This document shows, piece by piece, positions 38,179 through 52,322 of a stretch of DNA of 64,000 bases. This DNA comes from the human T2T-CHM13v2.0 reference genome, Homo sapiens: the NCBI RefSeq assembly GCF_009914755.1, contig NC_060928.1, one strand, 5' to 3'. The translations under genes were made by a program, and so were the position numbers. The notes beneath the pieces were generated by a model. It did not search any database. It was not told the DNA's origin and saw only the letters and a program-made list of their open reading frames with translations. Position 1 is the stretch's first letter, and every line of letters begins with the position of its first letter.

Positions 38179-38616
38179 TGTATCCATCAGGGTTTAACCA
38201 GAGAAACAAAATGAGTAGGAGATGTACACTTAGAGGTTGATTGCAGGGAACTGACTTACATGATTGTGGGCGCTGGCAAGGCACATCGGAAGTCCACAGC
38301 ACAGGCCATCAGAAAGAGGAGGGTGGGATTTTAGGGGTGAACTGAAATTGCTGTCCATAGGCAGAATTTATGTTTTCTCAGGGAAGCCTCAGTTCCGCTC
38401 CTGAGGTCTTTCAGCTGATTGAATCAGTCTCACCCAGGATAATCTAGAATAGTGAGACAATAAATATTTTACAATAATCTTCTTAAGTAATGTCGACTGA
38501 TTGTAGAATTCGGTCACAGCCACAGAATACCTTCACAGCATCACCTGATTTAGTGTTTGATGGAATAACCGGGTACCAGCGACTGGCCAAGTGGATATGT
38601 GAAACTGATCATCGCA
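38179..38616. mobile_element. ERVL solo LTR (MLT2-like)
   Basis: TGTATCCATCAGGGTTTAACCAGAGAAACA...ATACCTTCACAGCATCACCTGATTTAGTGTTTGA. Confidence 0.78.
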
Positions 38617-38737
38617 AAAGTCAAACAACCTATGCAAAGGCCAGAAAATGACAGTTTCAAAAACTAGCAGCCAATTTTAGTCACTAATTCAGATTAGAAA
38701 TCCCCCCGCAAAACTACACATAACAATAACAAAAAAG

Positions 38738-39048
38738 GCCGGGCGCAGTGGCTCACGCCTGTAATCCCAGCACTTTGGGAGGCAGAGGCGGGCGGATTGC
38801 CTGAGCTCAGGAGTTCGACACCAGCCTGAGCAACATTGTGAAACCCCGTCTCTACTAAAATACACAACAATTAGCCAGGCATGGCGGCATGCGCCTGTGG
38901 TCCCAGCTACTCAGGAGGCTGAGGCAGGAAGAATTGCTTGAACCTGGGAGGCGAAGGTTGCGGTGAGCCGAGATCACACCACTGCACTCCAGCCTGGGTG
39001 ACAGAGCGAGACTCCATCTCCAAAAAAAGAAAAAAAAAAAAAAAAAAA
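38738..39048 (+). mobile_element. Alu (AluS-like)
   Basis: Full dimer with long poly-A. Confidence 0.95.
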
Positions 39049-39557
39049 GTAACAAACTAGATCCAGCAATATGTGAAATGGAAAAAAACAAGTCCAAAAT
39101 ATAAATATTTATCTTGTATGAAATTCTAGAACTAAAAAACATTTGACCCCTTATCTCTTTAAATTGTACTTCAAAAAATATATAATAGGGGCTGTCTTTA
39201 TAATAGAGTAATATGTTTATTGTATCTGTTTTGAAGATATACTCTGAATAATCCCTTGTTCCACAGTTCAAATCTGAGGTAACACTGAAGACAGAAAACA
39301 ATGGTGACATTATCCCCACTCCCTTAAGGCCAGCCCTGCAATGATCCGGCATTGGAAATGCTGCTGCTTTACTTCACTAAATGATACTTTGTTTTGCAAT
39401 TTACTGTGAATTACATAGCTTAATCTACGCAATAACAATCCTGAAAAAAGAAATGTTTCTGGTTTATTTCTGGAATTTAAATGAAACTGGTGCTTTTATA
39501 TTCATATTTGTGTTAATGTTTTCTAGCATCAAAGTACAAATCCATTTATCCTTTTTA

Positions 39558-39995
<438 letters not shown>

Positions 39996-41498
39996 TCAAT
40001 AACTAAGTTTATTATTGCCAAAGTGGTATTTTAGTTGAAGAATTAGAATAAGAAGAATTCAAACTAAATAGGGCAATAATTGTCTAGAATACTGAAAGAG
40101 AAAAGTGCTTATTCAACAAATATTTATGGAATGATTTTTCTTAGTGTTAAGGACAACAGATTACAGACAAATAAGATATAATTCTCTTTTTAAAGATCTC
40201 ACGAGTCTAATAATAATCTAAAGACCAGCATATAAACATACAATCATATTACTATGTAATAAATGGTATAAAAATATGCACAGGGTGTTATAAAAACATG
40301 ATCATGTGGGAAGAAGATAAATCAGTAGCAACTCCTGAAGGAAATGATACCAAATCTGTATCTTGAGGAGAAATCACCCGCTAGCTCAGTGGGAAAGTGG
40401 GAGACGTTCCACACAAAAGGAACGGTTTGAAAATGAGAGGAAAGTGGACGCTGGAGAAAATTTTCCAAAAACATTTTATCTCTGTAGAATTGGGTATGTG
40501 TGGCGTTTTCCAGGCAAAGTGTTTAATCAAATGGATTTTCTGAAGATTGTTAAACTTTCTGTTTATGTTATGCTAACAAAGAATGCAGTTTCCCAACTGT
40601 TCCACAATATACTACTTACTGAGAGGGTGTCTCTCCTTATTTCTCTCGTGGAACTAGTACAAGGTTAAACCTACCATTTTCTGTAGTGGGCACCCAGTAA
40701 GTTGTCTCACTCCCCTGGGAACTGCACTCCCTTCCCCTCCCATTCTAATGCGGCTCACAGGTGCTACTGTGTTCTTTGAAAACCCAAAACCCTGGCCAGA
40801 ATTCAAAGACAGCAGTATGGGCAACTGACTGTAGCCGGGCTAATCACAATACTTCAGTCCTTGTCGACTGGATTTGCGATGGGAACTTAGGCTAAACTGT
40901 ATCAAGAAAGCCCTTTTCCAGATTTGTTTGTTTGGAACCCAAAAAAATCAAGCAAATGCCTTTCTCGTGTCTGAAGCTCTACAGTTTTCCTGTGAGCATA
41001 AACACAGCTACATAGAGAGAATGAACTTACAGAGACAGAAACAGAAGAAAAGAATGCCAGGATCAGCTTCATCCCACAAGACGGAAGTCTATTCCAGCAG
41101 GAAACATCTGGAGTCTTCCCTTAAACCTCCCTTTTTTAAATGTTGTGAGTTTTCTTTCTTTAGCTTTATTCATTCAACTAGCAAGCAAAACCTCTGAACA
41201 TCCAGTTTCAAAGGTTTCTGCCAAATGCCCTGGCTGTTTAGCTTTTCTTTCCCTTCCCTCATTCTGTCTAGCTACAATCCTCTTGACAAACAGAGAAGAA
41301 AGGACTGGGGTCACACGGGAGTAGATGTTCATTTATTACAAGGGTAATAATGAAATGAATGATGAGAATAATTATAACTTACATGCCCATACTCAGAAAT
41401 GATATGAGCTAAAAAAAAAAGTGAAATTGTCAGAATATGTTCTGTATGAACAGTTACCCTTCCGGTTCTTGGGGAACTAGCAGTCACCCGGTGACTAG

Positions 41499-41578
41499 CC
41501 TTTGGTTGCTCAGAGAACAATATTGTAATTCTGTAATGAATTCTGTAATTATAATATTGTTCTCTGAGCAAGCAAAGG
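41499..41578. repeat. Inverted repeat: 32-bp arms, 16-nt spacer
   Basis: CCTTTGGTTGCTCAGAGAACAATATTGTAATT (41499-41530) pairs with AATTATAATATTGTTCTCTGAGCAAGCAAAGG (41547-41578); 30/32 Watson-Crick. Confidence 0.93.
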
Positions 41579-42988
41579 GGAGACTAAATGTGTATGGTCT
41601 CCTTGGAAGCATCTCAACTTCTAATCATTTAAAAATTTTACTTCCTCACTGAGAATGTAACCTGTTTGTTTCCCAGTCTTTCGAAGTGTTAACTGTCTAT
41701 CTGCTATGAGCCAGTTAATATAATACATGTCAAATTTAATGTGCTAACCTTGTACTCAATATAGGAGAGACAATTAAGGTTCTCCAGCAGCAGTAAGACA
41801 TTCTCTGAGACAGCAACAGCCCAGTCAATGTCAGCTTTCAAGCTGGTGCTGGCCTGATGCTGGCTAACCACCTGAGAGAAAGCTCGCCAAGGAGAGGTCC
41901 ACAGTGGGAGGCAGGTCATATCAGATAGCCTATAAGCTTTTCTCCTACTTTCAGATAAAGACTCAAATATTTATTGATTGGCATATATTTTATAAATATA
42001 TATATAGCTAGAGAGAGAGAGAGAATGTTACTACACAAGGGAACAATTTATCAAAAAGCTGTCCTGAAATCTTCAAATTATGCAAAGGAGCTGGATTAAC
42101 TTTGCTGGAGCCTAGGATCAATCCCACCCAGGTGACGTGTCCTACACTCAGTGAGAAATTTTTATGATAATCTTGTTTCGATCATTATAATTACTGGAAC
42201 CTTAATAACAATATTCAAGTAGTATTCATCTCTTATTACAATGCATGACTGGGGTGCTTTAATTGGGGCAAAAAGACTTGAGAATTCTGAACACTGTCTC
42301 TGTATTGACGGTTATGTACAGCTTCTTGCATGCCATCTTCCACAATAAATAGACTGGATTTAAAGTTATTTATAATCTCAACTTATAGTTCCTTCATTCT
42401 AAGAAGCTAGTAACAATACTTAGCTACTCTAGTTATAACAAAATAACCTTCATGCTGGTCAATTCTATATGCTCTTTTTTCCATCTTTGCTTCCTTTCTA
42501 TATTATTCAGGACTCCTTAGACAGCGCAGGATAGAAATATACATTAAACCAGTTCAAGCAATAGAATGGAAGTTGGTTGGTTTGCAGGACTAAAAGGAAT
42601 ACTGATGAAGCTCACAAAACTGGAAGAAGCCCTGCCAAAAATCGAGGCTTGGAAGGCAGAGTTCAGTATGGCCAGGAGCTGTTATCTGGTGCATCCACCT
42701 CACATCTCTGCTTGGCTTTATGTAGATTGACTTTTTCCAATGACAGGAAAAGCGAGTGCTGGTGACAACAAATTTACAGTCTCCCAGCTAAGCAACACAG
42801 AAGAAAGATGCCCGGAAAAGCCCTGGCTGGCCCTGGTTGGCCTGAACGCCCACCCCGTAGGCCGATAATTGAGGTCGGTGGGATGCAGTCATATTCCTCA
42901 CTAGGCTATTTTGTTGGGGGCAAAATGCTCTGGGGATAAGACTGGGGAAAGATGCATATCGTACAGGGAAACTAGAAGCAATACATGA

Positions 42989-43250
42989 GGCCAGGTGCAG
43001 TGGTGCGTGCCTGTAATCCCAGCACTTCAGGAGGCCAAGGTGGGAGGCTCGCCTGAGCCCAAGAGTTCAAGGCTAGCCTAGCTGGCTGTGGTGGCATGCA
43101 CCTGTGGTCCCAGCTACTCAAGTAGCTGAGGTGGGAGGATCGCTTGAGCTCTCCAGGTTGAGGCTGCAGTGAGCTGAGATGGCACCTCTGCACTCCAGCC
43201 TGGATGGTAGAGTGAGACCCTCTCTCAAAAAAAGGAAGAAAAAGAAAAGA
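42989..43250 (+). mobile_element. Alu (AluJ-like), centrally deleted
   Basis: Lacks the middle A-rich linker; TSD AGAAGCAAT(A/G)CATGA. Confidence 0.88.
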
Positions 43251-44229
43251 AGCAATGCATGAGGGCAGTTTAAGAGCTATCATCTTGGCCCTATAATACT
43301 GCTCAAAATACAATCTTTGTGCACAGAGGTTTGATCCATTGGCTTCTGTGGCTTTATTGCCTCCAACATATCTTTACCATCGTGTCTGCCATTGGATATA
43401 GATTGCTGCAATTTTCTGTCCCATCAAAACAAATGCTGGTTTCGCTGCACCCTTTCCACAGAAATGAATATCACTGGAAACTTGAAATGGTGTATGAGAG
43501 ATTCTACAACCCTTTGCCACTTTCGGCTGCTCATTAGAAATGAAAAGGGGCCTCTTTTATGCAGTACTCTGGCACATCAGGTATAATACCGTGAATGTTC
43601 TTCCAGCACGAGTAGCTTAGGACATTAATGCTTAAACACATCATGCTCAGTATCTTGTGGGTAATATTCAAGTTTAATGTAACATCTCATTTGTGGCTGT
43701 CTAATTGCATGACATTTTCCATTTCTTTCCTCAGTTAATACTGTGATACAGAGTGTCTTCTTTTTATGGGACAATCTCTCCTCTAAACTCATGAACAATG
43801 TGCTTATTGTTTGTGTTAAGATAATGCTTTTCCCTCCCAGCTGTAACATTCCGATTGTTTTATTCTACCTCGGAAGGCCTAAGATGACCTCTTCGCGTGC
43901 AGATCTCAGTCCTTCGCTGTCTGCGGACCTGCCTACCCTTTGCTGCCTTATGAGAGACTTGACCTTCAACGCCTCGTTAGCATTATGGGTCTCTAGTCCA
44001 CCACCAGCATCTAATCCCCAATAGCTTATCTTTGCCATTCTATGACCTAGTAGCTGAACTTTCTCACTGTGGCTGCCCTAACAGAGCTAAACTCTTGACA
44101 AACCCATAAAGCAATTGATTTTTTTGTTTGGTTTTGTTTCTTAGTGGTTCTCTGCTTGAAATAAAGACATTTAAGGGTATTCATCTTTCTCTGTCCAAAA
44201 GCCTAGCCACTCCGATAATCTCATTTTAA

Positions 44230-44533
44230 GGCCAGGCACAGTGGCTCATGCCTGTAATCCCAGCACTTTGGGAGACTGAGGTGGGAGAATCACTTGAGGC
44301 CAGGATTTTGAGACCAGCCAGGGTAACGTAGCAAGAGTCTGTCTCCAGAAAAATTAAAAATTAGCTGGGCACTGTGGTGCACACCTGAAGTCCCAGCTAC
44401 CCTGGAGGCTGAGGAGGGAGGATCCCTTGAACCAGGAAGTTGAAGCTACAGTGAGCTATGATGGCACCACTACACTCTAAGCAGAGTGAGACCTTGTCTC
44501 TTAAAAAAAGAAAAAATGAAAAAGAAAAAAAAA
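44230..44533 (+). mobile_element. Alu (AluJ-like)
   Basis: Diverged dimer. Confidence 0.88.
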
Positions 44534-45249
44534 GAATTTTATTTTAAACACCCTTGTTACAACATATCAACATATTTTTGTATTTTGTGGTTTTTAACCT
44601 CCTTTTGTTGCCGCCTACTAATAGATTTAAAAAGTTCTGGTACTGTGATCAAAATTCCTTAGAGAAGAAGAAATAAACCAACGCTGTTTACTTGTAAATC
44701 CACTTTGCAAAGGGAGAATGAGAGGATACACTTTAAGGACTTAGAAGAAAAAGGCAATAATTATGTTTGTTTTACATCAGCATTTAAATCAAAATGAAAA
44801 TGTTGCTTTCATAAAAAATGAAAGCAATAATGTTTTAATTAACGGGAATACCAATTCTTCTAAAAATAAATATTTTTCTGTAATTACTGTTAATTTTTTT
44901 TTCTTTAATAACTTTCTTAGCTCAGAAAGGAGCACAGTTATATGCTGGATGGTTTATAAGCACAGCTTTAAAATGTCATGATTTTTTGCAGCACTGTAAC
45001 CTACAAAAAAAAAAATAATAAATTGTATTGACAAGGTTTTCATGCTTAAACCTACATTTTATTGTACCATTATCCCTGAACAAATTGAGGCACAATATTT
45101 CATTAGACTGGACAGATACATTATTGAACATACAAGAGAATATTAAAGGCCATTCAATAGTTTTAGCAAAGAGGATCAGTATTAGGTTTTGTAAGTTTGT
45201 GTAAAAGAATACCTTCTATATCATGGCTATATCTTTTATATTAGGTTAG

Positions 45250-45540
45250 TTTTTTGTTTTGAGACAGTCTTGCTCTGTCACCCAGGCTGGAGTTCAGTGG
45301 CGCCATCTCGGTTCACTGCAGCCTCTCCCACCTGGATTCAGGCGATTCTCCCGCCTCAGCCTCCCGAGTAGCTGGGATTACAGGTTCCCACCGTCACATC
45401 CAGCTAATTTTTGTATTTTTAGTGGAGATGAGGTTTCACCATGTTGGCCAGGCTCGTCTCGAACTCCTGACCTCAGGTGATTTGCCCACCTTGGCCTCCC
45501 GAAGTGCTGAGATTACAGGCGTGAGCCACTGCACCCAGCC
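45250..45540 (-). mobile_element. Alu (AluSx-like)
   Basis: Full dimer; TTAGGTT on both sides. Confidence 0.93.
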
Positions 45541-45909
45541 TTAGGTTCATTTTTAAAACACCTAAAATGAATTTATTTTAAAGGAATGTATTTTAAAGGT
45601 ATTTTTTTATAAGGACTTTAATATTTAGAGTCATTATATTTAGAAAAGAAGAGGTTCATACTCATATTTACAAAATACATCTCAGAAATGGATTCTGAGA
45701 CAGTTCTAACAACTGTTCTATGAAGTTATATATTACTTATTATAATAGATGGCATACAATTTAGTGACAGTAAAATATCTGGGATTGAAATTCCACCCAA
45801 ACACTCCCCCATTTTCTGCCATTAGAGATGTTCATTTGTCACAGAGAATCTAAAGGTTTATAGGACTTTTATAAGAGGAAAAACTGAATATTTCATGTAA
45901 ATATTAATC

Positions 45910-46303
45910 ATAACTAACTGGAGTGGCTATATTAGTATCAGACAAAGTAGACTTCAGAATAGGTAATATTACCAGGGATAAAAAGGGACATTACATGATG
46001 ATAAAAAGGGTCAATTCATCAAGACAAGGTAGCAACCCTAAATATATGTCAACTAATTATAGAGCTTCCAAATAAATAAAGCAAAAATTGATAAAAATGA
46101 AAGAAGTCAGCAAATGCAGTTGTTACTGGAGACTTCAGCACTCATCTCAGTAATTGATAGAGCAGACAGAAAATCAGTAAGGATATAGATTTGAATGGCA
46201 GTAACTTGACCAACCTGACCTAAGGTGTCTGGGTAGAAGGTTCCACTCAATGTCAAAATACACATACTTTTCAAACGCACATGGAACATGCACCAAGATA
46301 GAT
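45910..46303 (+). mobile_element. L1M ORF2 endonuclease-region fragment
   Basis: CTGGAGTGGCTATATTAGTATCAGACAAAGTAGACTTC...CATGGAACATGCACCAAGATAGA. Confidence 0.82.
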
Positions 46304-47253
46304 GAGCAGTGCCTCTCCAACTGTGGTCGGGTATTTAAACCTAAATGTTCAATACTGATATGAAAAGTATTTGTTCACTGGACAACAGCAACCGATGATG
46401 GATATCCTTGGATTCCAGTTGTTTCTACCAATCTTGACCTTTACTCCTTTGCTTCCAAGTGGTCTTACAAGTAAAGCAAATCTCAGACATGCTTGGTTGC
46501 TCCGACAGATATCTAATAGCAAGTAAGCAGTAAGACAGCCATATAGCCTCTTAACCACTCTCAGTCCTCAGATGCCCTGACAAGCACATCAAACAAAAGG
46601 TTCACTCCAAGGCAGATGCAATGATATTTTGTTGATAGGATCAGAAAACTTCCTGAGGTTCAATAGTCATCCATTGAGGGTGGGATCACAGGATTGAAGG
46701 GAGCCCGACCCCAAGGGACTACTTGGATGTGGGTCTTAAACAGGTTCTTATAACTCCTTTCTTCAAGGGTAGTAGAGCCTGTAAAACCTCTCTTTCCCAT
46801 CACATGTCTAGAAGTTTGCTAATTTCACCAATGAAATCATTTTTCCTCTATTCCTTGTGCTAATTCACAATGCCTGTGGTTTAGATTTAGACATCAATAT
46901 TTGAAGTCTTGCTGAGTCTACCTCTCAAGTGTAGATTGCCAATTGAGGCAGTTCAAATGCTAATCAGCCATCTATAAGGTGTAGATTAAAGTTAATTCAC
47001 ACTGACACATATGCCACACTCTATACTAATTATCAATACATTCCATCAGATGAATCAGCAGTATATAAATCAGTATGCTAAAATATATTAAAATAATTTA
47101 AATCAATTTACCAAAAAAAAAAAAAAAATCTCAGAGCAGTCAAACAAATTTATGTTAGCAAAAGGAAATCAGAAATCATGAGATTTTCAACAAACCAACA
47201 TTGGGGTAAAAAATTTTCTTTTCACATTTTTTTTTTTTACCATTTCTTAATAA

Positions 47254-47686
<433 letters not shown>

Positions 47687-48434
47687 TGATAAAGGCAATA
47701 AAAATGTTTAAATCAACATTTGTTTGACAGTAGAATTTCAATTATCTTAATTTTAGGAGTATAGGAAAAACATTCTCATTGCACCATGTACAAAAAACAT
47801 CCTATTAACATAGGACATATTGTTAGATGCAATAGGGTTTTATCAATTTTTTTTTATTTAAATCATGGACGGTTACATCATTAAATTGTATTCACTGGAT
47901 TGAGGCGTTGAAGAACTTGTAACCTCCCACATCCCAATTTTAACACCTGCTCTTTGCTCTTCATTTTGTGTATGCCAAGGTTAGTTCATCATTCAACTTC
48001 CACAGCGACTTATCTATTTATAATGCTTGGCAAATTTTCCAAGGATTTCCTCTAGTGGTACAGTAAAATATGCTATCACAGGCCTAATTTTTCTTTGAAG
48101 GCTTCTATTTTATCTTAAAACCCCGTGTGACTTTTGTATGTAAATACACAATGTCTTCTTCGCCAGAACCACCGGGTTGGTTGCCGTCTGAGCTGTGCCT
48201 CCTCGTCACCGCCACCGCTATGCCTGGAGGTCGGCTTCTTGGGGACGTGGCTCCCAACTTTGAGGCCAATACCACCGCCGGCCGCGTCCGTTTCCAGGAC
48301 TTTCTGGGAAACTCACTGGGCATTCTCTTCTCCCACCCTCGGGACTTTACCCCAGTGTGCACCACAGAGCTTGGCAGAGCTGCAAAACTGGCACCGGAAT
48401 TTGCCAAGAGGAATGTTAAGTTGATTGCCCTTTC

Positions 48435-48760
48435 TTTTTTCTTTCTTTTTCTTTTTCTTTTTTTGAGACGGAGTCTTGCTCTGTCGCCCAGGCTGGAGTG
48501 CAGTGGTGCACTCTTGGCTCACTGCAATCTCGGCTCACTGCAATCTCTGCATCCTGGGTTTAAGCAATTCTCCTGCCTCAGACTCCTGAGTAGCTAGGAC
48601 TACAGGTGTGCGACACCACGCCCAGCTAATTTTTGTATCTTTAGTAGAGATGGGGTTTCACCATGTTGGTCAGGCTGGTTTTGAACTCCTGACCTCGTGA
48701 TCTGCCCACCTCAGCCTCCCAAAGTGCTGGGATTACAGGTGTGAGCCACCACACCTAGCG
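48435..48760 (-). mobile_element. Alu (AluS-like) inside the PRDX6 pseudogene CDS
   Basis: TSD GATT(G/A)CCCTTTC at 48423-48434 and 48761-48772; small internal duplication TCT(T/C)GGCTCACTGCAA. Confidence 0.95.
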
Positions 48761-49857
48761 GATTACCCTTTCGATAGACCGTGTTGAGGACCGTCTTGCC
48801 TGGAGCAAGGATATCAATGCTTACAATGGTGAAGAATCCACAGAAAAGTTACCTTTTCGCATCATCCATGATAAGAATCGGGACCTTTTCATCCTGTTGG
48901 GCATGCTGGATCCAGCGGAGAAGGATGAAAAGGACATGCCTGTGACAGCTCGTGTGGTGTTTGTTATTGGTCCTGATAAGAAGCCGAAGCTGTCTATCAT
49001 CTACCTGGCTACCACTGGCAGGAACTTTGATGAGATTCTCAGGGTAGTCACCTCTCTCCAGCTGACAGCAGAAAAGAGGGTTGCCACCCCAGTTGATTGG
49101 AAGGTGGGGATAGTGTCATGGTCCTTCCAGTGATTCCTGAAGAGGAGGCCAAAAAACTTTTCCTGAAAGGAGTCTTCACCAAGGAGCTCCCATCTGGCAA
49201 GAAATACCTCCGCCCCACACCCCAGCCTTAAGTCTCTTGGAGAAGTTGGTGCTGTGAGCCAGAGGACATCCGCTGCCAATCATGTTTTCCTGCTGCAATT
49301 CCATGAAAACATCCTGGTGTCATCACACCAAGGTTTTTAGGTTGCTATACTACTGGCTTATTAAATGAAAACTGGCACTAAAAGTTTCTTGGGATTCTTT
49401 ACACTCTGTCTTCACCAGCATTCAATTCTGTTCATACATCAGCACTCTCTACTGGTTCTCTTTGAAATATGTTCTGTATTTAAAACTCAAATCTTGTTGG
49501 ATCTCTGCAGGGCTTGTGACCAATGAGGTCATATTTGTTGATGGTTGAGAAAGCTTGCTTCCCTCCATCAGAGAATGACTATCCCTCCATCAGAGAATGA
49601 CTATCAATTTTTTTAACTGTCCTATTACATCCTGTCTTCAGTCACCCATTTTGAAGAGTGGCAGAACTTGAGGTTCAACTCCTCTGTAAATATCCAAGTA
49701 TAAAACCCAGGAACTTAGAGTAACCCAGATGTTCTTTAATACTGTTTGGATCATAGCCGGGGGAAAAAAAACTTTTTAATTCTGTACCTTTCTAGTAGAT
49801 AACTGAAGAACAAGGGAAGAGACCTTTAAATATTTTGCTATAAAAAAATTTTTTTGT

Positions 49858-50174
<317 letters not shown>

Positions 50175-52170
50175 TCAAAATGGGGAGACTGCAGAAAAGG
50201 CTTCCCTTGGCTTCCAAGGAGGTGTAGCAGGGGTGAGCAATCCTAGTGCCATGTGCCTTTCACACAGGGTTTGCCTTTATCAGTCTGCTTTCTGATGACG
50301 TGTACATGAAAGAGTACACCATGAGACAGGAAGAGAGAATGACTGAAAATGTTTTATTGTAGAACTCTTCTTGCAGTAGGTTTTGCTATGTTCTGGATTT
50401 TACTTTTTAGGGAACAACAAATAAAATCCTTTGTTAAAACTGAAAAAAAATACACAATGTATCAATGTCTATTTTGACGTAAATGTTAATATTTAAAATT
50501 GCGGTTGCCTAAATCACTTTCAGTTTCTGTATGTGTTACCCAAACTAATTTGGAATCAGGAACTTAGAGGATACTTCTAAAAAAGACATGAGAGGTCATT
50601 GTGAAGGATGAGAAATGTTCCATGAACTCACTGGTTTTTACTGGTAGCCCTAAGGGGCCGTATCATTCTGTTTCTCAATGCCTGTCTCAGTAAGAAGCAG
50701 AGGAATTTTGTAAATAAATATTTGCTCCATCAATAGAAGCAGGATTAATTCTATATGGAACAACCCAGTGCATGCAAGGATCTGTGGAGTTTCCTTTATT
50801 CCTAAAAAGCCAGTCTGCGGGCACTGTCTCCCAGGTTTAGACCTGGAAGTTTTAGAAAGCTATGAAGTCTCCCACTGTAGAAAATAGAACTGTTTAATGC
50901 AATCTGTTGCTCTTTTGTGATAAATTGCCTTCTTGGAAGCAAAGCAAGAGACACCTGGATGAGGGACTACAAAAGCTGCAGAAGACAATGTAACGTTAGT
51001 TGCCCTTGGGAAGAAAACTAGATGACTTGAGGTCAAGGGTAAAAGACTTCCTTTTACCATTGACCTTGTTTCATTTTACTGTTTGTACCATTTACATGTA
51101 TTATCCCTTTTAGAAAACAGATTCATAATAATTTTAAAATAAGTTATTTTGTGACTTCAGAAAAGAGCAGCAAATAACATTTTTGTCTCATTTATCATAA
51201 TTTAAGCCTTGAGGGTCTCACCCAGGCAGCTCTGATGGAGCTCAAAGTCCAGCTAAACAAAGCTTCTATGCCTGACACTGCTTCACAATTGAGCGTCCAC
51301 ACAGTCAGTCCTTGCAGCAGAAATGAGAGAATGTATACAAATGGAAAGGTTGGGGTCAAGGGACCCACAGCCTTGAACAAGCTCCCTTTCGTGAGACAGA
51401 GAGGGGACAGAATATATAAGTATTTACTCATATATGCAGAAACAGTCCTTGGAAATTATGGATGCCTAAGACCTACAGTAACTGACATTATATTCACAGC
51501 ACTGGGTTGCATTTAATAAGTGGAAACCAAGCATAATTTGCTTTTCAACTTACTTATATTCATTGAAGGATTATCCAAATTAGCAAAAGGAGCATCCAGT
51601 ACTAAATTAAATCTATTAATGCCTACCACAACACACACGTATTTGTTTGAGATAGAGGTTAGGCCGTGATACTCTAACTTCTAGGTAGAGGCTTTGCAGT
51701 ATTCTTTTCTTCCCTTGTAGAAATGGAGGATGAGTTATTATAGGACATTCATCAGAATCAGTTCTAGAGCCTTCAAACAGAAACTCAAAAACTATAAGTG
51801 ACCTTTTAATAGTAGAAGAAAAGTAGGACAATATTCTCTCTCTCCTCACACTCCTCTAAGTGAGCAAGAACTTTCAAACTGTGGCCACTTGTATCCCCTG
51901 AAGTAGGCCTCTTCATGTGATCAGTTGTTTTGTGGGGTGGAGGGTTGTATTCATACACTTGCTCAGATTAGCTCTATGCAACAAAGCTAGTGAAACTCAT
52001 TGCGTTGATCTTAGACATCCATCCACCTGCCGGCTCTGTTGACTAACCCATGTGGCTGTAGGTTGGTGTTACGGATTTGTAAATTAGGCAATCCTAAGAC
52101 ATGGGTGCTAATAAGACGTAGTTGAACTTGGGCTGCCTTCCCGTGCTGGTATTGAGAAAGCGCTGTAGCC

Positions 52171-52322
52171 AAGACTCAGGTTCGCGACGTTTACGCCCAC
52201 GAAGACTCGGGTTCGCCATGTTTACCCTCACGCATCTACAACAGTCCTGGATTTTTATGGATCACTGTTCGCAATGTTTACACTCACGCATCCACAACAG
52301 TCCTCCATTTTTACGGATCGCC
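52171..52322. repeat. Nested imperfect tandem repeat (31-bp and 56-bp periods), CpG-rich
   Basis: GTTCGC..YGTTTAC at 52180, 52211 and 52267; AAGACTCRGG at 52171 and 52202. Confidence 0.85.

Noticed and set aside
40560-40585. SOX-OCT-like TTATGTTATGCTAAC (and CTTGTTATGCAGCT near 22477)
   Set aside because: Imperfect matches that are expected by chance in AT-rich DNA.
48127-49231. Functional PRDX6 gene
   Set aside because: Intronless, with TSDs and an A-tail, an Alu in the CDS and a frameshift near 49104.
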